DNA of 64,000 bases from an uncultured Rhodanobacteraceae bacterium (GTDB taxonomy: Bacteria; Pseudomonadota; Gammaproteobacteria; Xanthomonadales; Rhodanobacteraceae), in NCBI GenBank assembly GCA_964583865.1, contig CAZOXZ010000001.1, positions 760 through 64,759 of the forward strand, read 5' to 3'. This document shows, in pieces, positions 20,368 through 29,512 of this stretch. The notes under the pieces are model-generated. The model was not told where the DNA came from. It searched no databases and was given only the letters and a program-made list of their open reading frames with translations. The position numbers and the translations under genes were made by a program. Numbering within the stretch: the stretch's first letter is position 1; each line of letters begins with the position of its first letter.

Positions 20368-20928
20368 TCAGTCGCGAATGATAGCGCCGCTCACGGCATC
20401 GCGTATGGTCGTCGGTCGCGCCTGGTCGCCCAGCGGGCCGTCGATGATGGCGCCCAGAGCGTTGCCGAATTGCCGGCGCACCTCGACAGCCGAGCGTGCC
20501 GGCAGCTGGCCGTGGCGATTGGCACTCGTGGACACCAGGGCACCACCGAAGGCACGACAAAGGCTGGAGGCCAGAGGATGCGCCGTCACGCGCAAGGCAA
20601 TGCCCGGATGCTTGCCTGACAGCCACGCCGGCACGTTGCCGGCGCGCGGAAAGATCCAGGTATACGGCCCCGGCCAGGTCGCGCGGATATCGGCCAGACG
20701 GCCGGCATCCACGGACGTGGTGTCGATGAATGATTCAATCTGGCCGTAGTCGGCGGCTATCAGCAGCACGCCGTGATCCAGGGGCCGCGCCTTCAGCGCC
20801 ACCAGCCGGTGAAAGGCGGTCTCGTCATGCGGATCGCAGCTCAACCCGTAGACGGCCTCGGTCGGGCAGGCCACCACGCCACCGTGGCGCAGTGCCTCGG
20901 CGGCCAGCTGAATGAGCGACAGGTTCAT
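20368..20928 (-). CDS. tsaC: L-threonylcarbamoyladenylate synthase (YrdC/TsaC type)
   Basis: 186 aa. VVACPTEAVYGLSCDP, KARPLDHGVLLI and WPGPYTWIFP motifs. Confidence 0.88.
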   Translation of the reverse strand: MNLSLIQLAAEALRHGGVVACPTEAVYGLSCDPHDETAFHRLVALKARPLDHGVLLIAADYGQIESFIDTTSVDAGRLADIRATWPGPYTWIFPRAGNVPAWLSGKHPGIALRVTAHPLASSLCRAFGGALVSTSANRHGQLPARSAVEVRRQFGNALGAIIDGPLGDQARPTTIRDAVSGAIIRD

Positions 20929-20937
20929 GCCCGGCGC

Positions 20938-23466
20938 TCAGAACGGTGCATCGTCGGCGTCCGTACTGGTCGCCTTGCCGCTGGGCGCTTTTCGCGCGGC
21001 TTTCTTCGTGGCGGTCTTCTTGCTGGCAGATTTTTTCGTGGCAGCCTTTTTTGCCGCCGTCTTGCGCGTCTTCTTTGTCGCGGCCTTCTTCGTGGCCGAC
21101 TTCTTCGCCGTGGACTTCTTCGCCGTGGATTTCTTCGCAGCGGCCTTCTTCGTGGCCGTCTTCTTGCGCGCCCCGCGACGCTTGCGTTCGGGCGCGGCCG
21201 CGATCAGCTCCTTGCATTCTTCGTGCGTCAGCGACTCGGGCTCGCGCTCCTTGGGCATCTTGGCATTCTTGTTGCCGTCGGTAATGTACGGCCCCCAGCG
21301 TCCCTTGAGGATCTGGATGCCGTCGTCGAACTCCTTGATGATGCGATTGGCCAGGTACTCGCGTTTTTCCTGCAACAGCTGGCGTGCGCGTGCCAGATCA
21401 ACGGTGTAAGGATCGTCCTCGCCTTTTTTCAGCGAGGCGAACAGGTCACCTTCACGCACGTAGGGGCCGAAGCGGCCAATGGCGGCCTTGATCATCTCGC
21501 CGGACTCGCCCAGCCCCAGCTCACGCGGCAACTTGAACAGGTCCAGCGCCTGCTCCAGGGTGATGGTGTGCATCGACTGGCCCGGCAGCAGGCTGGCGTA
21601 GGTCGGCTTGTCGCCGTCATCGCGCTCGCCGATTTGCGCGAACGGGCCGTAGGGCCCCAGGCGCACGGCCACCGGCTTGCCGCTCTTGGGATCGGTGCCC
21701 AGCTTGCGCGCACCGGTGGCCTCGCTGCGCTCGACGGTTTCCAGCTTCTCGTCCACCAGGTGCTTGAACGGCTCCCAGAAGCCTTCCAGCAAGGGCACCC
21801 ATTCCTTTTCGCCACGACTGATGGCATCGAGCTGGTCTTCCAGACGCGCGGTAAATTCGTAGTCCACGTACTGGGTGAAGTGCGTGGTCAGGAACATGCT
21901 CACCGCGCGGCCCACGTCGGTGGGATGGAAACGCCGGCTTTCCAGGGTGACGTACTCGCGATTCAGCAGCACGCGAATGATGGAAGCGTAGGTGGAAGGA
22001 CGGCCGATGCCGTATTCCTCCATGGTCTTCACCAGGCTGGCCTCGGAGTAGCGCGGCGGCGGCTCGGTGAAATGCTGGTCGGCGAGGATGTCGGTCAAGG
22101 GCAGCTTTTCGCCTTCTTCCAGCGACGGCAGACGCTTGTCGTCATCTTCCTTTTTCTTGCGGTTCTCGTTGCCTTCCTCGTACACGGCCAGGAAGCCGGG
22201 ATCGACGATGGTGGTTAAGGTGGCGCGGAAACTGGAATCGCCCACGGGAAAGTCCACGGCCACGGTGCTAAGGGTGGCGTGGATCATCTGGCAGGCCACG
22301 GCGCGCTTCCAGATCAACTCGTACAGGCGCTGCTGATCGCGCTCAAGGTACTTGTTCACGTCCGCCGGCCGGCGCAGGGCCGAAGTCGGGCGGATGGCCT
22401 CGTGGGCCTCCTGGGCATTCTTGGACTTGGTCTTGTAGACCTGCGGCTTGTCCGGCACGGCCTTGTCGCCGTAGTCCTCACTGATCAATTGCCGCAACTC
22501 GGCCACGGCGTCCTGCGACAGGGCAGTGGCGTCCGTACGCATGTAGGAAATCAGGCCGACGGTGCCTTCCCCGCCCAGGGCCACGCCTTCGTACAGGCCC
22601 TGCGCCACGCGCATGGTGCGGCTGGTGGAAAACCCCAGCTTGCGCGAGGCTTCCTGCTGCAGCGTGGACGTGGTGAACGGTGGCGCCGGGCGGCGACGAC
22701 GCTGCTTGTGCGTGATCTCGCCCACCTGGAGTTCGCCCGCGGCGGCGTCCAGCAAGGCCTGACGCACAGCCGCGGCGCGCTCGCCGTCAGTGATGTCGAA
22801 CTGCTCGAATTTCTTGCCGTCCAGTTGCGTCAGGCGGGCACGAAAATCGCCCTTGGGATGCTTCAGGTCGGCCTCGATGGTCCAGTATTCACGCGCCTGG
22901 AACGCTTCGATCTCCGCTTCGCGCTCGCAGATCATGCGCAAGGCAGGCGTCTGCACCCGGCCGGCTGACAGGCCGCGACGCACCTTGCGCCACAGAACCG
23001 GCGACAGGTTGAAACCGACGAGGTAATCCAGCGCCCGACGCGCCTGCTGGGCATCGACCAGGTCGCCGGACAGCTCGCGCGGCTGGTCCACGGCGGCCTT
23101 GATGGCGCGCGGCGTGATCTCGGAAAAGACCACACGATGCATCTCCTTGTCATCGACCAGGCCGCGGTCGGCGAGGATCTTGCTGATATGCCAGCTGATG
23201 GCTTCGCCCTCGCGGTCCAGGTCGGTGGCCAGGTAAATGGCCTCGGCCTTCTTTGCCGCCCTGGCGATGGCATCGACGTGCTTTTCGTTGCGCTCGATCA
23301 ACTCGTAGTTCATGGCAAAGCCATGCTCGGTGTCGACGGCGCCTTCCTTGGGTCTGAGGTCACGCACATGGCCATAGGACGCCAGCACCTCGAAGTCGTT
23401 TCCGAGGTACTTCTTGATCGTCTTGGCCTTGGCAGGCGATTCAACAATGAGCAGGTTTTTGGCCAT
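20938..23466 (-). CDS. topA: DNA topoisomerase I with Lys/Ala-rich C-terminal tail
   Basis: 842 aa. MAKNLLIVESPAKAKTIKKYLG Toprim start, active-site region ISYMRTD and GRFGPY C-terminal repeats. The last roughly 70 aa are KK(A/T/S)-rich. Confidence 0.95.
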   Translation of the reverse strand: MAKNLLIVESPAKAKTIKKYLGNDFEVLASYGHVRDLRPKEGAVDTEHGFAMNYELIERNEKHVDAIARAAKKAEAIYLATDLDREGEAISWHISKILADRGLVDDKEMHRVVFSEITPRAIKAAVDQPRELSGDLVDAQQARRALDYLVGFNLSPVLWRKVRRGLSAGRVQTPALRMICEREAEIEAFQAREYWTIEADLKHPKGDFRARLTQLDGKKFEQFDITDGERAAAVRQALLDAAAGELQVGEITHKQRRRRPAPPFTTSTLQQEASRKLGFSTSRTMRVAQGLYEGVALGGEGTVGLISYMRTDATALSQDAVAELRQLISEDYGDKAVPDKPQVYKTKSKNAQEAHEAIRPTSALRRPADVNKYLERDQQRLYELIWKRAVACQMIHATLSTVAVDFPVGDSSFRATLTTIVDPGFLAVYEEGNENRKKKEDDDKRLPSLEEGEKLPLTDILADQHFTEPPPRYSEASLVKTMEEYGIGRPSTYASIIRVLLNREYVTLESRRFHPTDVGRAVSMFLTTHFTQYVDYEFTARLEDQLDAISRGEKEWVPLLEGFWEPFKHLVDEKLETVERSEATGARKLGTDPKSGKPVAVRLGPYGPFAQIGERDDGDKPTYASLLPGQSMHTITLEQALDLFKLPRELGLGESGEMIKAAIGRFGPYVREGDLFASLKKGEDDPYTVDLARARQLLQEKREYLANRIIKEFDDGIQILKGRWGPYITDGNKNAKMPKEREPESLTHEECKELIAAAPERKRRGARKKTATKKAAAKKSTAKKSTAKKSATKKAATKKTRKTAAKKAATKKSASKKTATKKAARKAPSGKATSTDADDAPF

Positions 23467-23547
23467 CGGGCAGGTTCTTGTCGCGAGTTGAAGGATGAAT
23501 CAGGCTTGAATCGGCCTATTAGTTGGAAACACAGCCGGCGCCGACTG

Positions 23548-24699
23548 TCAAGCTTGCGTTTTGTCGGGCGGTCGATGAAGGCGCTGGAAACGCCCTCCGG
23601 GAAGGCTGGCCACGTGGCCGGCAAGTTCGAGCTCCAGCAGCGCGGATGATACCCCCGCAGCCGGCATCCGGGTACGCTCTGCCAGCTCATCCAGCGAGGC
23701 CGGCGCCTCCCCGAGCGCGTTCAGCACCGGCGCCAGGGCCGCATCCACCGGCGTGGTATCGTCCGCGCCGGACATTTGTTGCAGCCGTTCGCCAAGCTCG
23801 CGGCCAAAGCGTTGTGCCGGGCCGGCCAGCAGGTCGCGAACCTCACGTGGGTGCTCGACGAGCGCCGCTCCGTCGCGGATCAGCTTGTGGCAACCCTGCT
23901 TGGTCGGAAGGTGGATCGAGCCCGGCACGGCCATGACCTCGCGACCCTGTTCGGAAGCCAGGCGCGCGGTGATCAGGGAACCGGACCGCAGGCCGGCCTC
24001 GATGACAAGCGTGCCCAGGCTGAGACCGGAAATGATGCGGTTGCGACGCGGAAAGTTGCGTGCGTGCGGCGGCGTGCCCAGTGGAAACTCGCTCACCAGC
24101 GCGCCCTCGGCGACAATGTCACGGGCTAGGGCCTCGTGCTTGCGCGGGTACAGCCGGTCCACGCCGGTGCCCAGCACGGCCACGGTGCGGCCTCCGGCAT
24201 CGAGGGCGGCCCGATGGGCGGCGCCATCCACACCGTCAGCCAGACCGCTGGTGATCACCAGACCCGCCGCAGCCAGCTGCGCGGCAAAGTCACGACTGTC
24301 AGCCAGGCCCTGCGGCGAGGCGTTGCGCGAACCCACAATCGCCAGTTGCGGCTGCAGCAACAGGTCGGGATTGCCAATGACAAACAGCGCCACCGGCACC
24401 GAATCCACGTTCTCCAGTTGCGGTGGAAAATCATCATCCACGAACCGCAAAAAATGGTGCTCGGGTGCTTCCAGCCAGGCGATATCGGCCGCCAGCAGAT
24501 CCTCGTCCGGTGCTGCCAGCCATTCGCGGGTAGCAGGCTTCAAGATGTACTCGCGCACCAGTGCAGCCAGCGGATGTGCCAGGACATCGCACGCCTTGCC
24601 GTCATGCGCCAGCAACATCTGGCGCAGCGTGGCCGGGCCCAGATGCGGTGCACGCAACAAGGTCAACCAGGCTTTCAACTCACTGTTGTTGTTCCCCAT
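23548..24699 (-). CDS. dprA: DNA-processing protein DprA (Smf)
   Basis: Start at MGNNNSELKAWLTLLRAPHLGP (cat 24697..24699). Has a Rossmann-like core GLADGVDGAAHRAALDAGGRTVAVLGTGVD. Confidence 0.9.
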   Translation of the reverse strand: MGNNNSELKAWLTLLRAPHLGPATLRQMLLAHDGKACDVLAHPLAALVREYILKPATREWLAAPDEDLLAADIAWLEAPEHHFLRFVDDDFPPQLENVDSVPVALFVIGNPDLLLQPQLAIVGSRNASPQGLADSRDFAAQLAAAGLVITSGLADGVDGAAHRAALDAGGRTVAVLGTGVDRLYPRKHEALARDIVAEGALVSEFPLGTPPHARNFPRRNRIISGLSLGTLVIEAGLRSGSLITARLASEQGREVMAVPGSIHLPTKQGCHKLIRDGAALVEHPREVRDLLAGPAQRFGRELGERLQQMSGADDTTPVDAALAPVLNALGEAPASLDELAERTRMPAAGVSSALLELELAGHVASLPGGRFQRLHRPPDKTQA

Positions 24700-24776
24700 C
24701 GGCTGCCGTCCCCATCCACGAGACAAAAACGCGCGGCCGAGGCCGCGCGCCATGACAACGCCGCAACGCGACCGGC

Positions 24777-25928
24777 TTACTCCGGCATCCGCAGACGGTC
24801 GCCCAGCTGCACCGGACGGATGCCGTCCATGATCAGACCGTAGCTGACCTCGTCAAACGTGCGGAACACCATGACATGACCGACGTACTCTTCGGGCAGC
24901 TGCACCTTGTCCGCGAACAGGCGGCTGTTGGAAGTCATCTCGTCGTTGATCACCGCGCCCGGCTGGAAGACCGTGTATGTGTTGCCGTTGGCCACGCCGT
25001 CGCTGCTGCCAGCCGACAAGGCCACGACCTGCATGCTGCCGGCCGAATCGATGGCATCGGCGAAGGCAATCACGCGCATGTCGTCCGGCACACTGGCGGG
25101 TGCATGCGGGAAGTAGGTGGCATCGTAGGGCGCATCATCCATCGGCAACAGGCGGTCACCGGCACGGATTTCACGGCTGGAAGAGTGGATCAGTACCGTG
25201 GCCGGGTCACCAGTGCGCTGCACCCGGACCTCGCCGACAACCTGAACTTCGATGCCCAGCGGATCACCCTTGCCAAAGTGACCATCCCCACGCGTGAATT
25301 CCTTCCACGGGCCACGCACCATGGCGACATTGCTGTCCAGCACGTGGGCGACCTTCTCGAAATCACCATCATCGCGCGAGCCGAAACTGCGGAAGGCGTG
25401 CGTCGGTCGCACGATGGCCAGATGTTGCCCCGGCTGCGCGTCAAGATTGCGAATATAGGCAAACTGACCCGGCGTGCCACGCAGGCGGTTGTCCTCGAAG
25501 GCCACCACGTACGGTGCCTCCTCAAGCTGGTCGGCATCCATGACGCGGTAATCCTTGAGGAAGGACTTGATCGCGTGCAACGGCACCGGCGGAATGGGAT
25601 CAAGATCCGACTCGCGCACGCCCGGCGTCAGCTTGACATAAAAGCCGTCGCCCTTGGCGCCTTCGGCCGTGCCTCCGGCCCCGGCATACGACAGGTTCAA
25701 CACATCACCGGGATAAATCAGGTGCGGGTTGACCACCTGCGGATTGGCGCGCCAGATCTCCGGCCACAGCCACGGCTCCTGCAAAAATTTCGCCGAGATA
25801 TCCCACAAGGTATCGCCCTTCTGGACGACATAGGTATCCGGATGATCGGCTTGCAACGTGGGCGTGGCAGCGAAGACAACAAGGCTGGCCAGCAGACCGG
25901 CTGAAAATCCAAGTAGTTTCTTAAGCAT
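24777..25928 (-). CDS. LysM peptidoglycan-binding domain-containing protein
   Basis: Start at [20 protein letters not shown] (signal peptide). [17 protein letters not shown]...PGDVLNL is a LysM motif. The position next to dprA and divergent from def is conserved. Confidence 0.85.
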   Translation of the reverse strand: MLKKLLGFSAGLLASLVVFAATPTLQADHPDTYVVQKGDTLWDISAKFLQEPWLWPEIWRANPQVVNPHLIYPGDVLNLSYAGAGGTAEGAKGDGFYVKLTPGVRESDLDPIPPVPLHAIKSFLKDYRVMDADQLEEAPYVVAFEDNRLRGTPGQFAYIRNLDAQPGQHLAIVRPTHAFRSFGSRDDGDFEKVAHVLDSNVAMVRGPWKEFTRGDGHFGKGDPLGIEVQVVGEVRVQRTGDPATVLIHSSSREIRAGDRLLPMDDAPYDATYFPHAPASVPDDMRVIAFADAIDSAGSMQVVALSAGSSDGVANGNTYTVFQPGAVINDEMTSNSRLFADKVQLPEEYVGHVMVFRTFDEVSYGLIMDGIRPVQLGDRLRMPE

Positions 25929-26148
25929 GGCAGGTAATCCCCAGAATCCGATAGGATTTTGCTTGAGTGTACCGGAAAAACGGTTCAAGACAAACGATTG
26001 TGACAGGCCGTATTCGGCAAAAGCCCCCCGGAAACCTTACAATAAATCGTATCGGGCTTGTTTTCCGCGAATTTGCCCGCAGTTTTGTATGCAACCGACT
26101 TGTGCGCTGCAAAATCCGTCGCACACACCCTTGACGAGGCCTTGTGGC

Positions 26149-26676
26149 ATGAGTTTGCTGAAGATTCTCGAGTTTCCCGATCCACGTCTGCGCACCCGCG
26201 CCGCCGAGGTCACCCACTTTGACGATGACCTGGCGACCTTGGCCGACGACATGCTCGAAACCATGTACGCCGCCTCCGGCATCGGCCTGGCGGCAACCCA
26301 GGTGGACGTGCACCAACGCATGCTGGTGCTTGATGTATCCGAGAGCGGCACCGAGCCAATGACGTTCGTCAACCCCGTCATCAAGCAGCAAAGTGACGAA
26401 TGCGGCGTGCATCAGGAGGGCTGCCTGTCCGTGCCGGGCATTTATGCCGACGTCAAGCGCGCGGCCAGCATCGTGGTCGAGGCGCAGGACGTGCGCGGCG
26501 AGGCATTCACCCTGGAAGCCGAGGGCCTGCTGGCCGTGTGCATCCAGCATGAAATGGACCACCTCATCGGCAAGCTGTTCGTGGATTACCTGTCGCCGTT
26601 GAAACGGCAGATGGTGCGGCGCAAGCTGAACAAGCGCCACCGCCAGGACGCATCCGTCCAGGTTGCCGGTGCCTGA
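26149..26676 (+). CDS. def: peptide deformylase
   Basis: [15 protein letters not shown] start. [17 protein letters not shown] and QHEMDHL motifs. Confidence 0.95.
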   Translation: MSLLKILEFPDPRLRTRAAEVTHFDDDLATLADDMLETMYAASGIGLAATQVDVHQRMLVLDVSESGTEPMTFVNPVIKQQSDECGVHQEGCLSVPGIYADVKRAASIVVEAQDVRGEAFTLEAEGLLAVCIQHEMDHLIGKLFVDYLSPLKRQMVRRKLNKRHRQDASVQVAGA

Positions 26677-27612
26677 GTGAGCCTGCGCCTGGTCTTTGCC
26701 GGTACGCCGGACTTCGCCCTGCCCAGCCTGGAAGCCTGCCTGGCCTCGGCTTTCGAGGTCGTGTCGGTTTACACCCAGCCGGATCGGCGCAGCGGGCGCG
26801 GTCGCAAGCAGCAATTCAGCCCGGTCAAGCAGGCTGCCCTGGCCGCCGGTGTTCCGGTGGCTCAGCCACGCAGTCTGAAAACACCCGAGGCCCGGGATGA
26901 ACTGCGCCAGCTGGCACCGGATCTCATGGTGGTGGTGGCCTACGGCCAGATCCTGCCGCAGGCGGTGCTGGATATCCCCACGCATGGCTGCTGGAACGTG
27001 CACGCCAGCCTGCTGCCACGCTGGCGCGGCGCGGCGCCCATCCAGCGCGCCATCGCCGCCGGCGACGAGACCACCGGCGTGGCATTGATGCAGCTGGAAG
27101 CCGGCCTCGACACCGGCCCGGTGCTGCTGCAGGAAGCGATTGACATCAGCGCCGATGACACCGGCGGCAGCCTGCACGACCGCCTCGCGCGACTGGGTGG
27201 TGATGTCCTGGCACATGGTCTGGCGCAGCTCGCCGCAGGCCAGCCACCACAGGCCACGCCGCAGGCGGATGAAGGCGTCACCTACGCTCGCAAGCTGGAT
27301 AAAAGCGAAGCCGTACTCGACCTCGACCGACCCGCAGCCGAGCTGGCACGGCTGGTACGCGCCTTCAATCCCTGGCCCGTGGCTGAAACGCGGCTCGCGG
27401 GCGAGCGCCTGCGCGTGTACGCGGCCGACGCGCGCACGCGCGAAGCCGACGCCCGACCCGGCGACATCCTGGCTGCCGACGCCGAGGGGATCGATCTCGC
27501 CTGCGGCGAGGGCATCCTTCGGCTCACCCAGGTGCAACGCGATGGCGGTCGACCCATGGCCGTGCGCGACTACCTCAACGCGAGGCCGGAGCTTCGCCAG
27601 GCGACCGCATGA
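26677..27612 (+). CDS. fmt: methionyl-tRNA formyltransferase
   Basis: GTG start immediately after the def stop. [10 protein letters not shown] and [20 protein letters not shown] motifs. Confidence 0.95.
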   Translation: MSLRLVFAGTPDFALPSLEACLASAFEVVSVYTQPDRRSGRGRKQQFSPVKQAALAAGVPVAQPRSLKTPEARDELRQLAPDLMVVVAYGQILPQAVLDIPTHGCWNVHASLLPRWRGAAPIQRAIAAGDETTGVALMQLEAGLDTGPVLLQEAIDISADDTGGSLHDRLARLGGDVLAHGLAQLAAGQPPQATPQADEGVTYARKLDKSEAVLDLDRPAAELARLVRAFNPWPVAETRLAGERLRVYAADARTREADARPGDILAADAEGIDLACGEGILRLTQVQRDGGRPMAVRDYLNARPELRQATA

Positions 27613-27614
27613 GA

Positions 27615-27652
27615 TTGTTCATTTGTCTTCTGTGCCGAGAAGAAATGAACAA
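27615..27652 (+). other. AT-rich interrupted hairpin in the fmt-rsmB spacer
   Basis: ttgttcattt(gt)cttct-gtgccg-agaagaaatgaacaa gives 10+5 bp of stem. It is followed by caaatcaaa x2 with no U-tract. Confidence 0.5.
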
Positions 27653-27672
27653 ATCAAACAAATCAAACGACC

Positions 27673-29061
27673 ATGGCCAACCACCCACGCGCAGCAAACC
27701 CGACGAAAAAGTCGTCCTCTGACACCCGCGCTGTGGCAGCGAAGATCCTGGCGGATGTCGCGCTGGACGGTGCGTCGCTGCGCGAAGCCCTGGCGCGTGG
27801 GCTGCCGCAGGTTGGCGAAGCACGTGACCGGGCCTTCGTGACCGCACTGGTCAACGAAGGCGCGCGCTGGTGGCTGCGCTTCAACCCGGCGCTGGACCGC
27901 ATGATGGACCGGCCCTTGCCGCGCAAGCTCGGCCAGGTGCGCGCGCTGCTGGTGCTGGGTCTGGTGCAACTGGAAGTGCTTGAAGTCGCGCCGCACGCGG
28001 CCGTGGCCGCCACGGTCGACGGCGTGCGCGCGCTTGGCCACAAGCGCATGGCCGGGTTGTGCAATGCCGTGCTGCGGCGCTGGCAGCGCGAGCGCGAAAC
28101 GCGGCTACGCGAGCTGGATGCCGACGCGGTCACGCGCGAGGCCTGGCCGCGCTGGCTGCTGGACCAGATCCGTGCCGACTGGCCGCAAGAGGCCGACGCC
28201 ATTGTCGCCGCCTGCCGCCAGGCGCCACCGCCCGTGCTGCGGGTAAACCGGCGACGCTCGACCCGGAACGAACTGCAGACCCGGCTGGCCGAAGCCGGCA
28301 TCGAAACCGCCACCGTGGACGGCCTGCCGGATGCCCTGCGGTTGCAACAGCACGGCGACATCACGGCCATGCCAGGCTTTGCCGAAGGCGCCTTCTCGGT
28401 GCAGGACGGCGCCGCCCAGTGGGCCGTCGATGCACTTGCTGCCGAAGCCGGCCAGCGCGTACTGGATGCCTGCGCCGCCCCTGGCGGCAAGGCTGCGCAC
28501 CTGCTGGAACGGCACGACATCAAGCTTGTGGCGCTGGACGTGGACAAACGTCGCATCGAGCGTATGCACCAGAATTTCGACCGCCTGGGCCTGACGGCAC
28601 AACTGGCGACAGGTGACGCCGCCCGGCCCGACGACTGGTGGGATGGCCAGCCCTTCGACCGCATCCTGCTGGACGCGCCCTGCTCGGCCACCGGCATCAT
28701 CCGGCGACATCCCGACATCAAGCTGCATCGCCGGGCCAGCGACATCAGGACACTGGCCACCACCCAGCTCGGCCTGCTGGAATCGCTGTGGCCGCTGCTG
28801 GCGCCGGGCGGCCGGCTGTTGTAGGTCACCTGCTCCATCTTGCGTGCTGAGAACGAGGCCGTCGTTGCGCGATTCGCGGCGGGCCGCGATGATGTGCGCA
28901 GCGTTGCATGGCAGGCAGCAGGCCGCCCGGCGGGTGCCGGACGCCAGTTGCTGCCCGGAGTGGATGGTTTCGATGGGATGTTCTATGCCCTTGTGGACAA
29001 GCAGGCGATGGCTTCCGGCACTGCTGCTGGCGCTGCTGCTGACGGCGTGCCGCAGCACTGA
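27673..29061 (+). pseudogene. rsmB: 16S rRNA (cytosine967-C5)-methyltransferase RsmB interrupted by an in-frame TAG at 28822..28824
   Basis: Track ORFs 27673..28824 and 28840..29061 are in the same frame. The junction reads APGGRLL*VTCSILRAENE, where family members have GGxL(V/L)Y(A/V)TCS. LDAPCSATG lies before the stop. The TCS cysteine and C-terminal GFFYA-like GMFYA lie after it. Confidence 0.8.
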
Positions 29062-29512
29062 ACCCGCCCCGGAGCTGGCCATCGACTATGCCCGTCTGGC
29101 GGGCAGCGGAACCGCGCCGGAGCTGCGTCTGGGGCTGGACTTCCGTCCGGGCGCGACGCAGCTGGCGGCGCTGGACCACGGCGTGCCCCTGGACCTTGAG
29201 GTGGCTGTGCGCGGTGCCCGTGGCGAGACCACCGTGAGCCTGGGCCTGCGCTATTTTCCGCTCAGTCGGCGCTACCGCCTGCACAGCGATGCAGGCATCG
29301 ATCGCAGTTTTGCCCTGCGGCCCTACCTGCTGGATGCCCTGGGCAGCCTGCGTCTGCCACTGGCGCACAATCCCTGCCAAGCCGGCACGGCCTGCCGCGT
29401 CGAGGTGACCCTGGATCGATCCCACCTGCCCGGCGCCCTGCGCCTGACCGCCTTCCTGCAACCGGGCTGGCACCTGCCGCCGGCCCTGGCCGACATCAAG
29501 GCCGGCTCATGA
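28985..29512 (+). CDS. DUF4390-like lipoprotein (conserved partner between rsmB and ntrY)
   Basis: MPLWTSRRWLPALLLALLLTAC lipobox. Alternative ATGs at 28964 and 28973. The stop overlaps the kinase start (ATGA). It overlaps the rsmB 3' region in another frame. Confidence 0.65.
   Translation: MPLWTSRRWLPALLLALLLTACRSTEPAPELAIDYARLAGSGTAPELRLGLDFRPGATQLAALDHGVPLDLEVAVRGARGETTVSLGLRYFPLSRRYRLHSDAGIDRSFALRPYLLDALGSLRLPLAHNPCQAGTACRVEVTLDRSHLPGALRLTAFLQPGWHLPPALADIKAGS

Noticed and set aside
21000-21180. Repetitive DNA at the topA 3' end as a non-coding tandem repeat or mobile element
   Set aside because: It is in frame with topA and encodes the Lys/Ala-rich tail. The repeats are imperfect and codon-phased.
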